From assembly GCA_032718475.1 (NCBI GenBank), contig JAUCBJ010003554.1, positions 1 to 34,259 on the forward strand: 34,259 nucleotides of DNA, read 5' to 3'. Positions 1-11,455 of this stretch are shown piece after piece (the first letter of the stretch is position 1; every line of letters begins with the position of its first letter). This DNA is from Nemertoderma westbladi (lineage: Eukaryota > Animalia > Xenacoelomorpha). The translations under genes were made by a program, and so were the position numbers. The notes beneath the pieces were generated by a model that was not told the origin of the DNA, searched no databases, and saw only the letters and a program-made list of their open reading frames with translations.

Positions 1-617
1 TGGCCGTCTGTCAGAGAAATTGAATAGTGCGCATATGTTGCCGGTAAATAAAATAATATGCCAATACTGCACATGACTGTACCGGTAGGAAAAGTAACCG
101 TTCTAAAGGATCAATCACAATTTAAAAAATGTTAAAGATCGGCACGGTCTGACTGTAGTACGTACAATAATATTACCAAGCAATCAGAACGCAACAATAT
201 TTAAGAGATAATACTGAACATAATACTGAAGAATAATACCGAACAATCTGAACAGTCAGCATGTTAGGATTTAGGCCTATTTTACATTCTTTATCGCAAA
301 GTTTAAATAGTAGCTAGGCAACACAAAGGCGGTTTAATTTAATTTGGCAGGTTATTTGTAACGTTCTTGTGGGACCCGGGGCGCCAAGAAGCACCATTAA
401 CAAAATACCTCAGCCAAAGTACCGTTATTTAACGACGGTTAAAGGTTTTTGTCGAAAGGGAACATTTTCTTCATAGTAAGTAATAATAAAACATCCTTAT
501 AAAAATTTATTAAATACTGATAGCGGGGGCGACACAAATAACAACGCACTGATTACTGGTACATGTTCTACTGACTTTTGTTTATTGTTTAAGCTGAATA
601 ACGTCCACTGTTACTTT

Positions 618-688
618 CCCTTCATTTGTAATTGAACATTGACGCGAGATATTAATTCGCCAAGATGGAATTTACGTCAAGTTTCCCC
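618..688. repeat. ~70-bp dispersed repeat fragment, inverted homologue at ~23846-23918
   Basis: aacattgacgcgagatattaatt-cgccaagatggaatttacgt versus the reverse complement aacattgaggcgggatattaattgccgccaagctgggatttgcgt. Confidence 0.6.
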
Positions 689-877
689 ACTCTCTCTTAA
701 ATAGTTGGAAAAGGCATAAATAGAAATGGTGGGTGGTCTGAGTTCACGAATGAAAGAAGCGCATGTGAGTGAAATACTGGCACAGTTGATTTAAAGTATC
801 CGAACACTATAAACTTATTTCTATATTATAATATTTTAAAACTACTTAAAGAGAAACTTTCCCTGATGATGCCCTTC

Positions 878-938
878 GGGAGGGGGAGGGGGGGGGGGTG
901 GGGGCCGGGGGGGGGTGGGGGCCGGGGGGGGGTGGGGG
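878..938 (+). repeat. G-rich tract with ~16-bp tandem unit (G-quadruplex-capable)
   Basis: Multiple runs of 4-11 G, with GGGGGGGGTGGGGGCC repeated. Confidence 0.85.
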
Positions 939-964
939 TTAATTGGACTTTAATAATATAATAT

Positions 965-1122
965 GACGGAGCCCCTAAGAGGACATGAAATCCTCGTTTT
1001 TTTTATTATTCTTAATAATAATAATAATCTTAATATAGATGTCCGCGTTAGCGGACATCTATATTAAGAATAATAAAAATAAAAAAAAAACGAGGATTTC
1101 ATGTCCTCTTACGGTTTCCGAA
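965..1122. mobile_element. Hairpin MITE, IS3EU-like termini, 6-bp TSD
   Basis: TIR CGGAGCCCCTAAGAGGACATGAAATCCTCG / CGAGGATTTCATGTCCTCTTACGGTTTCCG. The interior is also palindromic. It is flanked by TAATAT (959-964, 1123-1128). Confidence 0.75.
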
Positions 1123-1545
1123 TAATATAATAGTTTTTGGGCGAAATAAAACTCCTAGTTTTTCGTCAACCTTAATGATTATATCAAGAGATTTGTTATC
1201 CTCTGCAAAGTCCAGGTTAGATACCGATGGTCACCGATGGTTGAAATTATTGAAGCCGAACTGCCGCTTTTCTTTTCAACGCAAACTAAACAGAATTCAA
1301 GGATTGGAAATACGGTAGAGTCTATATTTAATTTTAATTCTAACTTAATACAATATTGAAAATGTATTGCAGCAACGAACTTATGACTTTAAACAATTCA
1401 GCAATGCCTACCCACTGAATCGACGAAGAATAATTGTATTATTTTTTAATTGCAAATAACAAACAATTAATCTACTTGTTAATAATTAATATCCTTTAAT
1501 TATAATAAATTGCCCATTAAATAATAAACGAAGAACATATTGAAA

Positions 1546-1551
1546 TTTATT
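1546..1551 (-). terminator. Candidate polyadenylation signal of PMPCA
   Basis: AATAAA on the minus strand ~35 nt after the stop codon. The context is AT-rich, so this is weak. Confidence 0.35.
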
Positions 1552-1586
1552 GTTCATATAATTACAAATTGTCTGTGAAGATAAAA

Positions 1587-2125
1587 TCACACAAAACTTC
1601 TCAACCAGCCCCTCCTCCTGTTATCTTTAGCCATCATATCGCAGATTTCCTTATAATTCGGCATCCCGCTCATATTCCCCATGGCAACGACTGTAGGTTT
1701 CCTGGCAACGAGGGCCGCGCCTACTCTGACCACGTCGTCCTTGGAGACATTGTCGATACTGGCAAGCAACTCGGCAGGGTCCCGACGTCGCTTAGTCGCC
1801 AAGACCTGCCGACCGACATCCTCAAAGACCACCGTACGGGACTCCAGATTCATCAACAACATCGACTTCAACATGTTCTTGGCGCGATCGAGTTCAACCG
1901 CGTTGACTCCGCCGGCGGCCAGACGGAACTCCGAGACCACAACGTCCACCATGTCGGCGGCGAACTCCGGAGGGGCGCTCGCGTGGATGGCGAACAGTCC
2001 TGAGTCGAGGTAGGAGTGGTGGGTCGCCGTGGCCGAGTACATCCAGTGGTAGCGGTTGAGTACGTTGGTGTACAACCGACTGTACATACCCTTACCGGGT
2101 CCTCCGGCGGAGAACGAACTACCGC
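1587..2125 (-). CDS. PMPCA: Mitochondrial-processing peptidase alpha subunit, coding exon 2
   Basis: The acceptor ctgttcccag|GC (AG at 2127-2126) restores the alpha-MPP glycine-rich loop [22 protein letters not shown], followed by LLMNLESR..VFEDVGRQVL. Spliced CDS is 1111+539=1650 nt, or 549 aa plus stop. The intron is 2126-2794 (669 nt, GT-AG). Confidence 0.93.
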
Positions 2126-2360
2126 CTGGGAACAGATAATAATGATATAATGAAAAGTCACTAATAATACAGAAACACTTATTATATTAGCTGCTAACTG
2201 TTACTACTGAAATTGTTGCCAAAAGATAATGAAACTGTAACCAAACTACTTATTAACGTAGGTAACGTAGGTGACTACAAAACAAAGACCCAAATAATAA
2301 AGACCTGTTGTACAAAACACATGTGCTAACTTTCGATTACTGTTTTGGTTCCCCCAACAC

Positions 2361-2510
2361 GCCTCTGTAACCTGGTCCTTTACTAACCTGCTCTTTTAAA
2401 AGACGCGATTTTACGCGATTTTACCTCTTTGTTTTGTACACTTCCCAAAGAGCGTTAGGCCCGATTGCCATTTAAAGGAGCAGGTTAGTAAAGGGGCAGG
2501 TTACAGAGGC
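2361..2510. mobile_element. 150-bp MITE in the PMPCA intron
   Basis: 40-bp TIR GCCTCTGTAACCTGGTCCTTTACTAACCTGCTCTTTTAAA / TTTAAAGGAGCAGGTTAGTAAAGGGGCAGGTTACAGAGGC. Related solo ends lie near 23927-23952 and 34209-34228. No clear TSD. Confidence 0.75.
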
Positions 2511-2794
2511 AGATAATTTTCTACTTACACGGAAATAACACTTCGGTAATTGGGAATCGAATTTAGTATTACAAAGCAAAGTAGAAAAGCATGAAATGGG
2601 TTACTAAGAAAACACATTCCATTCTTTTCTACTGTTCTCTGTAAAGACTAAATTTGATTAGATTTAATTTATTTATTTTAATCGATTCGATTAATTAAAT
2701 AAATTAAAAGTGTTATGTTGATTTGAGATGCAGTGAGATTATTTCTTTATGTTGATGATTGTTAAAAAAAACAAAAAGTAACAAAATTATTTAC

Positions 2795-3905
2795 CTCCGA
2801 GCAGCATATTGAGTACAGCGAACGGTATAAAGTCGCGGTGCTCGAAGGGACAGCTCTCCATTCCAACCATACAATGAACCAACTCTGGGATGGGAGTCGG
2901 CCCCATAGCTAACTTCGTCATATCCTTATCCACGTAATTGTGTCCCCCGATGTATTGGGCTAGTGAGGCGTCTGGATTCCCCGCGGGGAAGCCATCCCAC
3001 GTCGTGGGTTTACCCTGGAAATGTGAGCGCGCCAAATCGACTAGAATCCCGTGGTCCATCCCGACTCCGGCGAGCACCATCCGTTCCGGCGAGTGGTACC
3101 GAGCCAAATAGGTGAGGATATCGTCGCGACTTATTCTATCTATGTTATCCGCGGGGCAGTACTTAGTGAACCCTAGAGTATTCTTAACGTAAGCAGCCGA
3201 GTGCAGGAAGTCAGTGAGTAGCGGCTCCGGTTCGGGCTGGACCGATAAATCCTCCAACTCGAACCGAATAGCGGTTCGCGCCTCTTCCAACTCGTTGTCC
3301 GCGAGTTCCGGCCTCAAAACCACGTCGGATAACATCCGGCTAACCGGCTCCAATCCGGCTGCGTCCGCCGACACTGCGTATATGAGCACGTCCCGTTGCG
3401 TCTGGCAGTCCCAGACACCTCCGTACAGCTCCAACTCGGCGCGGATAGAATCGTTGGACTGCCCGAGAGTTGAACCCCACGAGAGTTTCTGGAGGAGGTG
3501 GGTGAGTCCGGATGGGGAGTCAATCTCGTAACGACTTCCCGAGTTAATAAGAACCCCTAGTGTTACGCACTCGCCGAATAGCGGTTGGGAGGCAACCGTT
3601 AATCCATTATCGAGACGGGTGATTAACGTTTCGTTGCGTTCAGTTCCGCTTCTAAGCGTTTCGCCCGTGGCACTTGGTTTAATTAAGTTCGGTAGCGCTA
3701 ATCGCAACGATAATTGGCAGGAGTTTCTTTCTACTTCTCGTATCTTAGGGGAAGATTCCTCGGCCTCTGATGGGGGGACTACATTACCTGTGGAGTAGCG
3801 CAATTGAACGCTACGACGAGTTGCTGATATTTTAGTCGATCGCAAATTACAACGATAGGTTCGCATTCCACGGTACAAACAGCTACTTCCCATCTTCGAA
3901 AACAT
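2795..3905 (-). CDS. PMPCA: Mitochondrial-processing peptidase alpha subunit, coding exon 1
   Basis: The ORF has an Arg/Ser-rich N-terminal presequence-like region followed by M16 peptidase motifs (TRLDNGLTVAS, INSGSRYE, GLTHLLQKL as an inactive HxxEH equivalent, YHSPERMVLAGVG, AQYIGG, GPTPIPELVH, DFIPFAVLNMLLG). It ends at a GT donor (GGA G|gtaaat; the intron starts at 2794). Confidence 0.93.
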
Positions 3906-4888
3906 TTTGACTAGCCCTATTGTTGTACAGTTGTAGGCTACCTGGCTACCTCACCTGTACCTCAGTACCTGCTGTATTTCAATACCGGTATCGACTATCG
4001 GACTAGTAGTATTAGTATTGTCACTATTGTAAGTCACTACCACGCATGTACGCACACTGCCAGACCGCTGTACTGTCACTGTCACATTGAATCAGTCTAT
4101 CAGAAGAATAAGAATTAATCTATCAGGCAGAAGGGAACTGCAGCACGAGTGCAGAGTGGGCTGTACCCAGGGCTGTACCATCATAGCACTACCTGACTAC
4201 TGCATTGCCTTTTGCACTAGGCCTACTGTATAACTACAGAACTATAACTACATACCAGTATAAGGCTATAACAAAGTACAGTCAGACAGTTAGTTGTAGA
4301 CCTATGTTCAATGTTATGTTATTAATATCGCCAGAATAACAATAAAATATTAATTTTTGCTCATGTACAGTAGATTAACATAAATTAACATATTTCATTT
4401 CGGTTATTAATTATTTAAGTGGGTAAATCGAAAATAAAAACTGACAACAATGTAAAAACACGAATAGAACGGATATAATAATAATGAGTGATTTAAACAG
4501 ATAGGAAAATGTATTCTGACTAATATGTAATAGTACTGCAGTAGACTAGACAAGTAGAGATACCGATATACCACTGACACATAAAGCAGGAAACCCTCAC
4601 AAGCATCATCGACCAATCAAAAATCTCTTCAGCAAAGGGCAGAAGGAATCTTCTGGAGTCTTCCTATTTGCTATTGGCTTGTTTATGTTATTTCTGTGTT
4701 TAGAAAACCTCTAGACTTCCTTTATGTCAGACAATAATGTTCAACTAGGTCTGTAGGTGACTTTTCCCGCTGTGAATGGTGTGACATCAACTACCATTAT
4801 GTTATCCCAATTGTAAGGAGCCCCTAAGGGACATGAAAAATAAAAAAAATCTAACACGAACGTCGTGTTTACTCTAACACGAACTTCA

Positions 4889-6460
4889 TTCATGTGGGGC
4901 GAGCCACGAAGTGAGTGAGCCTTAGCGTAGTGGTACCATTAATCAACCTGTCGTTCTGTCGTTCTGTCGTGTTCAATTTTAAACGTTAATAACTCGGCCA
5001 ATCTTTGATGAAATCTATCCAAACTTGGTACACATGTTGTTTGGCAAAAGTTTAGAAATTTTCCAAGTAGAATTTCAGTGTGGCCTTCGAGAAGCTAAGA
5101 TAATAGCAGTTAATTAGTTAATTAAGTTATTACGGTAAAAACACCATTTTCAACCTGCCTTTTAAAGGAAATTAATTGTTTTACAGTATAAGATTTAAAT
5201 AATTATAATTAAAAATTATACAGATGTAATCCACATACTCCATTCTATTATAGTTTTTAATTAGTTCAAGTGATTTGCTTTAATAATTGTGTCTTTAATT
5301 GATCTAAAGTAATTAAAACGGCATAAAAAATTTATTCTCATTAAATACTGCTCATTTATTGGCCAACATGCTGGTACATAGATGGGATGTGTGTGTCATT
5401 CCCAGTTGCTGGGAATGATTATTGGTCAAGTCTGTGCTGCTGGCTGGGAGTTGTTGCTAAGACTAACCAGAGAGGAATAGTAATAGACAACCAGTATTGC
5501 TATTCCAGCCCAGACAGCATTCTTTAAATTCACTATAAATGTTGTATTGCTATCTCAGGTGAATGACAGATATCATAACATAAATACTATCCATGGCATG
5601 GCTGTTGTGTAGGCTTCTGAAATAGTTTATTCCACAATGTATATGTCTGGTTATTTTTTAATTGAATTTTTGCAAAGTAGTAAAATTAATGTTCTTAAAA
5701 ATAATATTATTATTTTATATGTAACCTAGGAAATTAGCTACATTTTTTCGCTGCAGCTTTAAGAGTGTACATTAATTTAATATTATTTCAATACCCATAT
5801 TACTACATCGGCATAAGATGCGTTGGCGTTGTATCACACATCTCCACATATCACACATATCCACATAGATGTATCAACAGTTACTCGCACAGTTTCGAAA
5901 CTTCGCATAGTTATAACTGTATAAAGATCGTCAGTCTGCGTTTAGGAAAAATATTTTATAACAAAACAGGACAAGCGACGAGCGACGAGCGCAACGAGGC
6001 ATATAATGAAGACGAGTACTGCGTTGACTAAATTATTATATAAACCACCTGGCTTCACATATTGATCGCATCCCTAGTTATTATTATTATAAAGAACGTC
6101 CTAGCCTGCGTTTAAGAAATATATTTAAATACAAAACAGGACGAACGCAACGAGGCTTATAATGAATACGAGTACTGCGTTTATTATATTCCTATAAACC
6201 ACCTGGCTTTGCATATTGAACGTGCGATTGGAAATAAGTTCGTGCTACCCTTCCGTGGGTGGTAGATGTCGCGGTTATGTATTGGTGGTTGGGAAGGGTG
6301 GGGGGGGGGGGATTAAAAGGGGTGAACACGTACTGTCCCCCTTTCTTTGATTGATTGGTGGTGTGGGTAAATTTCTCAAAACCTGATTTTGTGATACAGT
6401 CGCTCAATTTTAATTTGTATCTCATAACTGGGCCTCGTGCTGCGCGAAGGCCCCACGAAC
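4889..6460 (+). mobile_element. Helentron-associated non-autonomous (HINE/DINE-1-like) element nested in the above
   Basis: Short sub-terminal IR GTGGGGC/GCCCCAC, a 5' (CTGTCGTT)n microsatellite, core aaacttggtacacatg and a 3' GC hairpin GGGCCT...AGGCCC. It interrupts the 20-bp repeat array. Confidence 0.5.
5929..6218. repeat. Two ~125-135-bp imperfect direct repeats
   Basis: ctgcgttta...acaaaacaggac...cgcaacgaggc.tataatgaa.acgagtactgcgtt...tataaaccacctggctt at ~5929-6065 and ~6097-6218. Confidence 0.8.
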
Positions 6461-6727
6461 GTGTTACTAACACGAACTTCGTCTTACTAACACGAACTTC
6501 GTCTTACTAACACGAAGTTAGGGAGGGGGAAATTCAAATCAAATCGTGTTAGTAACACGAAGTTCGTGCTAGTAACACGAAGTTCGTGCTAGTAATACGA
6601 AGTTTAGTAATACAAAGTTCGTATTAGTAAGTATAAATAAAAAATTCTCACACGAACCTCGTCTTACTAACACGAACTTCGTGTTACTAACACGAGTTTC
6701 GTGTGACTAACACGAACTTCGTGTTAG
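6461..6727. repeat. 20-bp minisatellite (GTSTTACTAACACGAACTTC) in alternating orientation blocks
   Basis: Forward 6461-6516, reverse ~6546-6628, forward ~6650-6727. The same unit occurs at 4851-4887. Confidence 0.9.
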
Positions 6728-6877
6728 ATTTTATTTTTGTTTTTCATGTCCCCTTAGCGCCTTAGGGGCTTCGTACAATTGTATCTTTCATGCTTTCATG
6801 TTCTGTTTCGAATGCTATAACAGATTTACTCCTGTGGCATATTATTCAATGGTTTGATATGTCAACAATAACTACAG

Positions 6878-7066
6878 TATTTACATACTTGTGTGTATGA
6901 AGTAGCACTTTACAGTGTGATGATCCGAGTGGCTTTGTTACACGAACGAACGTTAGTGAGTGAGTGAAAATAAAGCCACGAGGATCAGAACACTGTAAAG
7001 TACTTTGCAACAAGTATATGTGTAGCTTTATTCCAAAATTTTAACATTACGAAATGGTTGTACATA
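6878..7066. mobile_element. Left end only of the repeat found at 30528-31240
   Basis: About 190 bp highly similar to 30528-30718, including the imperfect hairpin around ACGAACGAACGTTAGTGAGTGAGT. Confidence 0.75.
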
Positions 7067-8511
7067 TGTTGTACATACAAAATGTTGTACATACTGCAGT
7101 ACTGTATAAATATCAAACATTGCGTTCTGATTATACTAAAGTCCCTTACTCGTAATAATAAATATTAGGCCCTAATAAATTTGAGTATGCTAACGCCACG
7201 AAAGGCATCGTTCCATTATATTAACTCGTTCTGATTTATATGTTTATTGAGTAAGAGTAACCTCAGCCATCATCGCGGGGACTATAGTCTACCAGAAACC
7301 CTGACCCCCCTCTGCCCCTCTTTATCTGTTTATCAACCATACATCCATGGGACTTGAACAGTACTTCAGCATTGAAATGTTTTGGACGTTTTGTTTTGAA
7401 AGTAAAAATATAGAAGTCTGGAAGTTTTGTTTGTTTTAATTTTTCAGGCAGTCACATTCCACCAACCAGCAACAGTCCCATCCCTTCCCACTATCCCGCG
7501 GACCACCACACTGTTTCATTATAAAGTATTCCCATCTCGATGATGGGAATTAATCAGTAATCCGATGGGATTCAAATCCCTTCTCGAAGTAACAGCAAAA
7601 CAATAACACGAAAGTCAATAGCTTTACAGTTATATTTGATTGCATTGAAAGTTAATAGAAAGAAGAAGTTAAATTGCATATCCATTAAAATATCATGAAA
7701 TTGATACGGCAGTTTAGTAGATTAAAACGGCCACAGCAAGATTTATAAAATGAAAAATAAGTAAAATCAGCACAGCACACAATATTATCAATATAGACAT
7801 TGAAGACAATTTAATAAACAAATACTATTAAAAAATATCTACTAACAATCAATACATGATATATATAATATATATAATATATATACATCAGCGACTACCA
7901 TCGCCACTCTGGTTCAATCAGTCAGTCCGGTATCATTGTTAGCGTTTTGTTGAATTACCCACTCATCCTCAGACCCTCATGGACACCGACGACGAGCTCT
8001 AACCCTAACCGTTAGTCGATTCCTCCTTGACTGGAAACATCAGGTTCGGGCCGTTCGGCCCATACAAAGTCATTAGCCTCCATGCCTGAACCCGCAGGAT
8101 CATAAGATCTACAGTATGTATCGGCATATCGTTCAGTCGTTTTTTCCTTTGTCAGTACTGTAGTATTGATAGGCTCCGTCTCGTGGGTATTCAGGGGACC
8201 CCCATTCGACGTATTCGCATATCCTCCTGGTTGTTTCGGGTACCACCGCCCGCCATATGCGCATCTCTTCGTGAGTAGTATAGGATACATGGCCCCTCGG
8301 CCAAGGTCACCCGTAGTCCATCATTACCATCCATTTCTGGTACTGCAGCCAATCAGAAGCCACCATTTCAACCTTTTGCAGTGGTCGTTATTATTTCAAC
8401 CAATCAGATGTCAGCATTTCAACCGTTACCATGGTAACTTCTCAAGTTCCCGCTTATTCCGCTAGAGGCGTTATTAGTCACCCAACTCTAGTACTGCATC
8501 CAATCATAAGC

Positions 8512-8760
8512 CTTTATTTTACAGGTGTTCGGGTGTCTACACTTAGCATCAGGTAACTTCTACTATTTTTCAAATCGCAATTTTTCAGCAACCAGTATTT
8601 TCATATTTACCAACCTTTATTTTACAGGTGCTACGAGTGTCTACAGGTAACGTCTACTATTTTTCAAATCGCTATTTTTCAGCAACCAGTATTTTCATAT
8701 TTACCAACCTTTATTTTACAGACGCTAGAGGTGTCTACAGGTAACTTCTACTATTTTTCA
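8512..8760. repeat. ~90-100-bp tandem repeat, about 2.6 copies
   Basis: Recurring ctttattttacag...gtgtctaca..ggtaac.tctactatttttca. The mirror in the right arm lacks 54 bp (left 8691-8744). Confidence 0.85.
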
Positions 8761-9360
8761 CCAGTAACTAAATTTAATTTCGCAATTTTTCAGATAACAA
8801 AATATTCAACCGGGTTCGAACTCGGGACTGTTATAACTCCTCACAACTCGTCACCCACTCTTCCACCCAACCTCGAGAGAAAAAGGCGATAAATATCCGA
8901 GTTATAGCTGTTGAATGCCAAGTAATAATTATTCAATATCGATTTATTCATCATAACTGGTCGCAGATGTTTACAAATAGCTTGTGGTAGTATCAATTAT
9001 AAATTATTGTTCATTGAATTCTATACTATAGCATATGTTACCAACGAGATCCAATTATTCTAATGATTTCGATAGCATAAAATGCATATTAATTAATACG
9101 AAATACATCTAACTAATAATAATAATTTACTTGTTCTACATACATTATCAGTACAATATTGACAGGTTAATTACGTTTGAATATAAGATGGAATGATAAT
9201 TAATGTTTAGATGTAGGGTATTGATTGTTGTGGTGAGTATGTGCTAGATATAGCAGTAATAGTGTTATTCGATATGTAACATTATGAAACAATGTCTCAT
9301 GTATACACTGTAGTGTTGCAACTATGTGTAGGTAAGTCAATGTGTCAGTGTTAATATAGT

Positions 9361-9844
9361 ATATTACATTTTTTTAATAATATATTGGTTCTACAGAGTG
9401 ATGCTGGGTTTTAGCACTATTAATTTGACATTTTTTTATTGCGAAATTAGATTCACTGAAAAATCCCATGAATAAACTGTGCGAGACATTCCTTAACTAT
9501 TCTTTGACAACAAATTGTCTATCTATCTATTTTGAGTAAAAAATGTGAAAATTAAAATGCAAGTCTTAAAAACTGAGTAAGTACTGTTATATTTATTTAA
9601 AAATATGAAATTTCGTCAGTAAATGCGATACTGCTGTAATCATCTATTTTTTACTAAAAAATAATAAACTTACTGTATATATGTTGAAAACCAAGCATCA
9701 TGCTACAGAAAAAATATTAACTTAAAATTCTTCACAAACTTATTAACTGAAAATAGTATCTACAGTAGCATATATTCAACGTTTAATTTTACATTTTTTT
9801 AGTCAAAGGTAGATTCACTGACATTGTTCTAGAACTTAATAGAA
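9361..9844. repeat. ~470-bp AT-rich unit R (representative copy)
   Basis: Other copies lie at ~11474-11717 (partial, same orientation), 12145-12620 (inverted), 14386-14818 (inverted), 15572-16042, 16443-16693 (partial, inverted), 17883-18358, 18786-19029 (partial, inverted) and 20674-21150 (inverted). Confidence 0.9.
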
Positions 9845-9845
9845 T

Positions 9846-11455
9846 TTGCTGTCATGTTGCAAATCATCCTTCATATGCTGCCTATGGCGACTGATTTCAC
9901 TTCTCTGCAAAATATTACACGTATTTCCAGCATTTTTGAAATTTAGGTCTCCAGTTGTGATACTCGGAGCCAGCTTAAAAACGATTCCTAGCCATATGAC
10001 TTCTGTTGGATCGGTTGTAATACCTGTTGTCATAGGTTATGTCAAATTGGTCATTACTGGGGTACGAGGTATGTTCAGATTGGTCTCTTAGATGAGGGTT
10101 TGGGAAGTGTTGATCTGGATAATCGTGTCTACTCACTCTGTGCTTCTGATACTGCTGGTATGTTTGACTTTGGTGTCGAGATGATTCTGGGGCATGTCTC
10201 CAAGAGTTCCTCACATACTCCGTATGCCTATTATTATCTTGCAGGATAGATTTATATTGATTACTACCATTATAGTTAGCTTGATTGTTATTGTGCCAGT
10301 ATGAATCCCTAGAGGTTTTGTAGTGTAGATCAAACCCTTTATTATTCCGCTTCATATCTGTGCTGCTTCTACTGCTTCCGTTTGTTGGAAGGGGTGCTTC
10401 GTTGGGTTTCTTGTTCGTATGTTGCTTAAAGTTGTTGTGTTCATTCTTGCTACTACCTTGTGATTTTCTTAGATTGACAGTTTCTTTGGAAACATTATTT
10501 AGATTCGCCAAGAAATCAGTCTGTTGTTGTAGAAGTATGGTAATTTTGGTATCATTATCTAGTTCACTATATTTGTTTTCAGTCTTAATGTTGTGCTGCA
10601 TCTGGATCTTTGATTTGAAGGTTGGTTTGGCAGGTCTTTTTGGTTCTTACCAGGTGTCATTGTTTTTGAGGACTTGTTCTAGAGTAGAGGGACATTTCAC
10701 TGATGGGTTTGTGATTATTACAGAGTCTTTTCTTATGTTTGTTGGTACCTGACTTCCTTGCAGGGATTCACCTTTCTTTTCCTTTATGCTGTATGAGTAA
10801 GTAGGATCCATTTCAGTTTCATTTGAATTGTCTGATATATTATCTACTGTTATATACTCATCAGTCTCTGATGGTGAAGATATGTCAGTTGTAGAAGTTG
10901 TGGACTTCTAGATATGTCAGTTGTAGAAGTTGTGGACTTTTTCTAAGCCAAATGGCACTAGGGACCTAGCAAAAATTTCTTTTGGATTTTGCATGATGCT
11001 CTCCACCCTGGTTGTTTCAATGAATTCATATGATGTCATAGCTTTGCTGAGTTTTGTCAGAGTCATATTCATTGCCTCTGTTGATGTTTCCTTTGGTTGT
11101 GTCTTCGGGGAATTCATAGTGGGATTCCTCGGATTTGGTTCTTGATAAATAAACTGCTGCCTGAGTCTAATATTATTATGTGCTTCACTGTCACAGCCGA
11201 TTTCAATAGCAACAGGCTTTGTGCAGGGAAGGTTATCTAATGAATTGGTGCGACGATGATTGCGTTGGTTAATCTTGCTAGCCTTTCTAGTGTTATGATG
11301 TTCCGTTCCCTTCTTTTGGGAAGCAGATTGAGAAGTGTATACTGGTTGTGTAATTCGAACATCTTTCATACATGTTCTTAGCCACCCAGTTTCGAACAGC
11401 TATGCTTCTCTCCTTGGGATTGATTGGAGGGCAAGATGAATGGCTTTTCAAGAAG
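9846..11455 (-). pseudogene. Decayed low-complexity ORF of probable retroelement origin (LINE ORF1-like or Penelope N-terminal-like); mirror at 19048-20673 (+)
   Basis: Consecutive same-strand N/Q/K/S/T-rich ORF pieces (10917-11369, ~10600-10908, 9975-10601) are broken by a 32-bp tandem duplication (~10878-10939) and one stop. They contain W*EPKR...IKTENKYSEL, resembling the NRFxxL motif of retroelement ORF1 proteins. Confidence 0.4.

Larger units (their letters stand above)
4814..6775. mobile_element. Non-autonomous DNA transposon of the same IS3EU-like family, with an internal 20-bp satellite and a nested insertion
   Basis: TAAGGAGCCCCTAAGGGACATGAAAAA ... TTTTTCATGTCCCCTTAG(cgccttag)GGGCTTCGTA, flanked by CAATTG on both sides (4808-4813, 6776-6781). 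Confidence 0.75.

Noticed and set aside
1569-3531. Plus-strand ORFs 1569-2003, 1681-2013 and 3214-3531; minus-strand alternative frames 1868-2161 and 3314-3523
   Set aside because: Antisense or off-frame shadows of the GC-richer PMPCA exons, with no recognisable motifs.
4407-6473. Short ORFs 4407-4616, 5765-6031 and 6192-6473, and similar short ORFs at 21044, 23292, 24107, 26508-28401 and 34006
   Set aside because: Short, compositionally biased, often inside repeats or with non-ATG starts, and with no recognisable domains.
6461-6727. CRISPR-like arrays (here and 34047-34165)
   Set aside because: There are no unique 25-45-bp spacers and no cas genes, and the context is eukaryotic. These are transposon-internal repeats.
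7999-8010. Telomere or telomere-healing site
   Set aside because: Only about two TTAGGG units, internal to the arm and not at a breakpoint.
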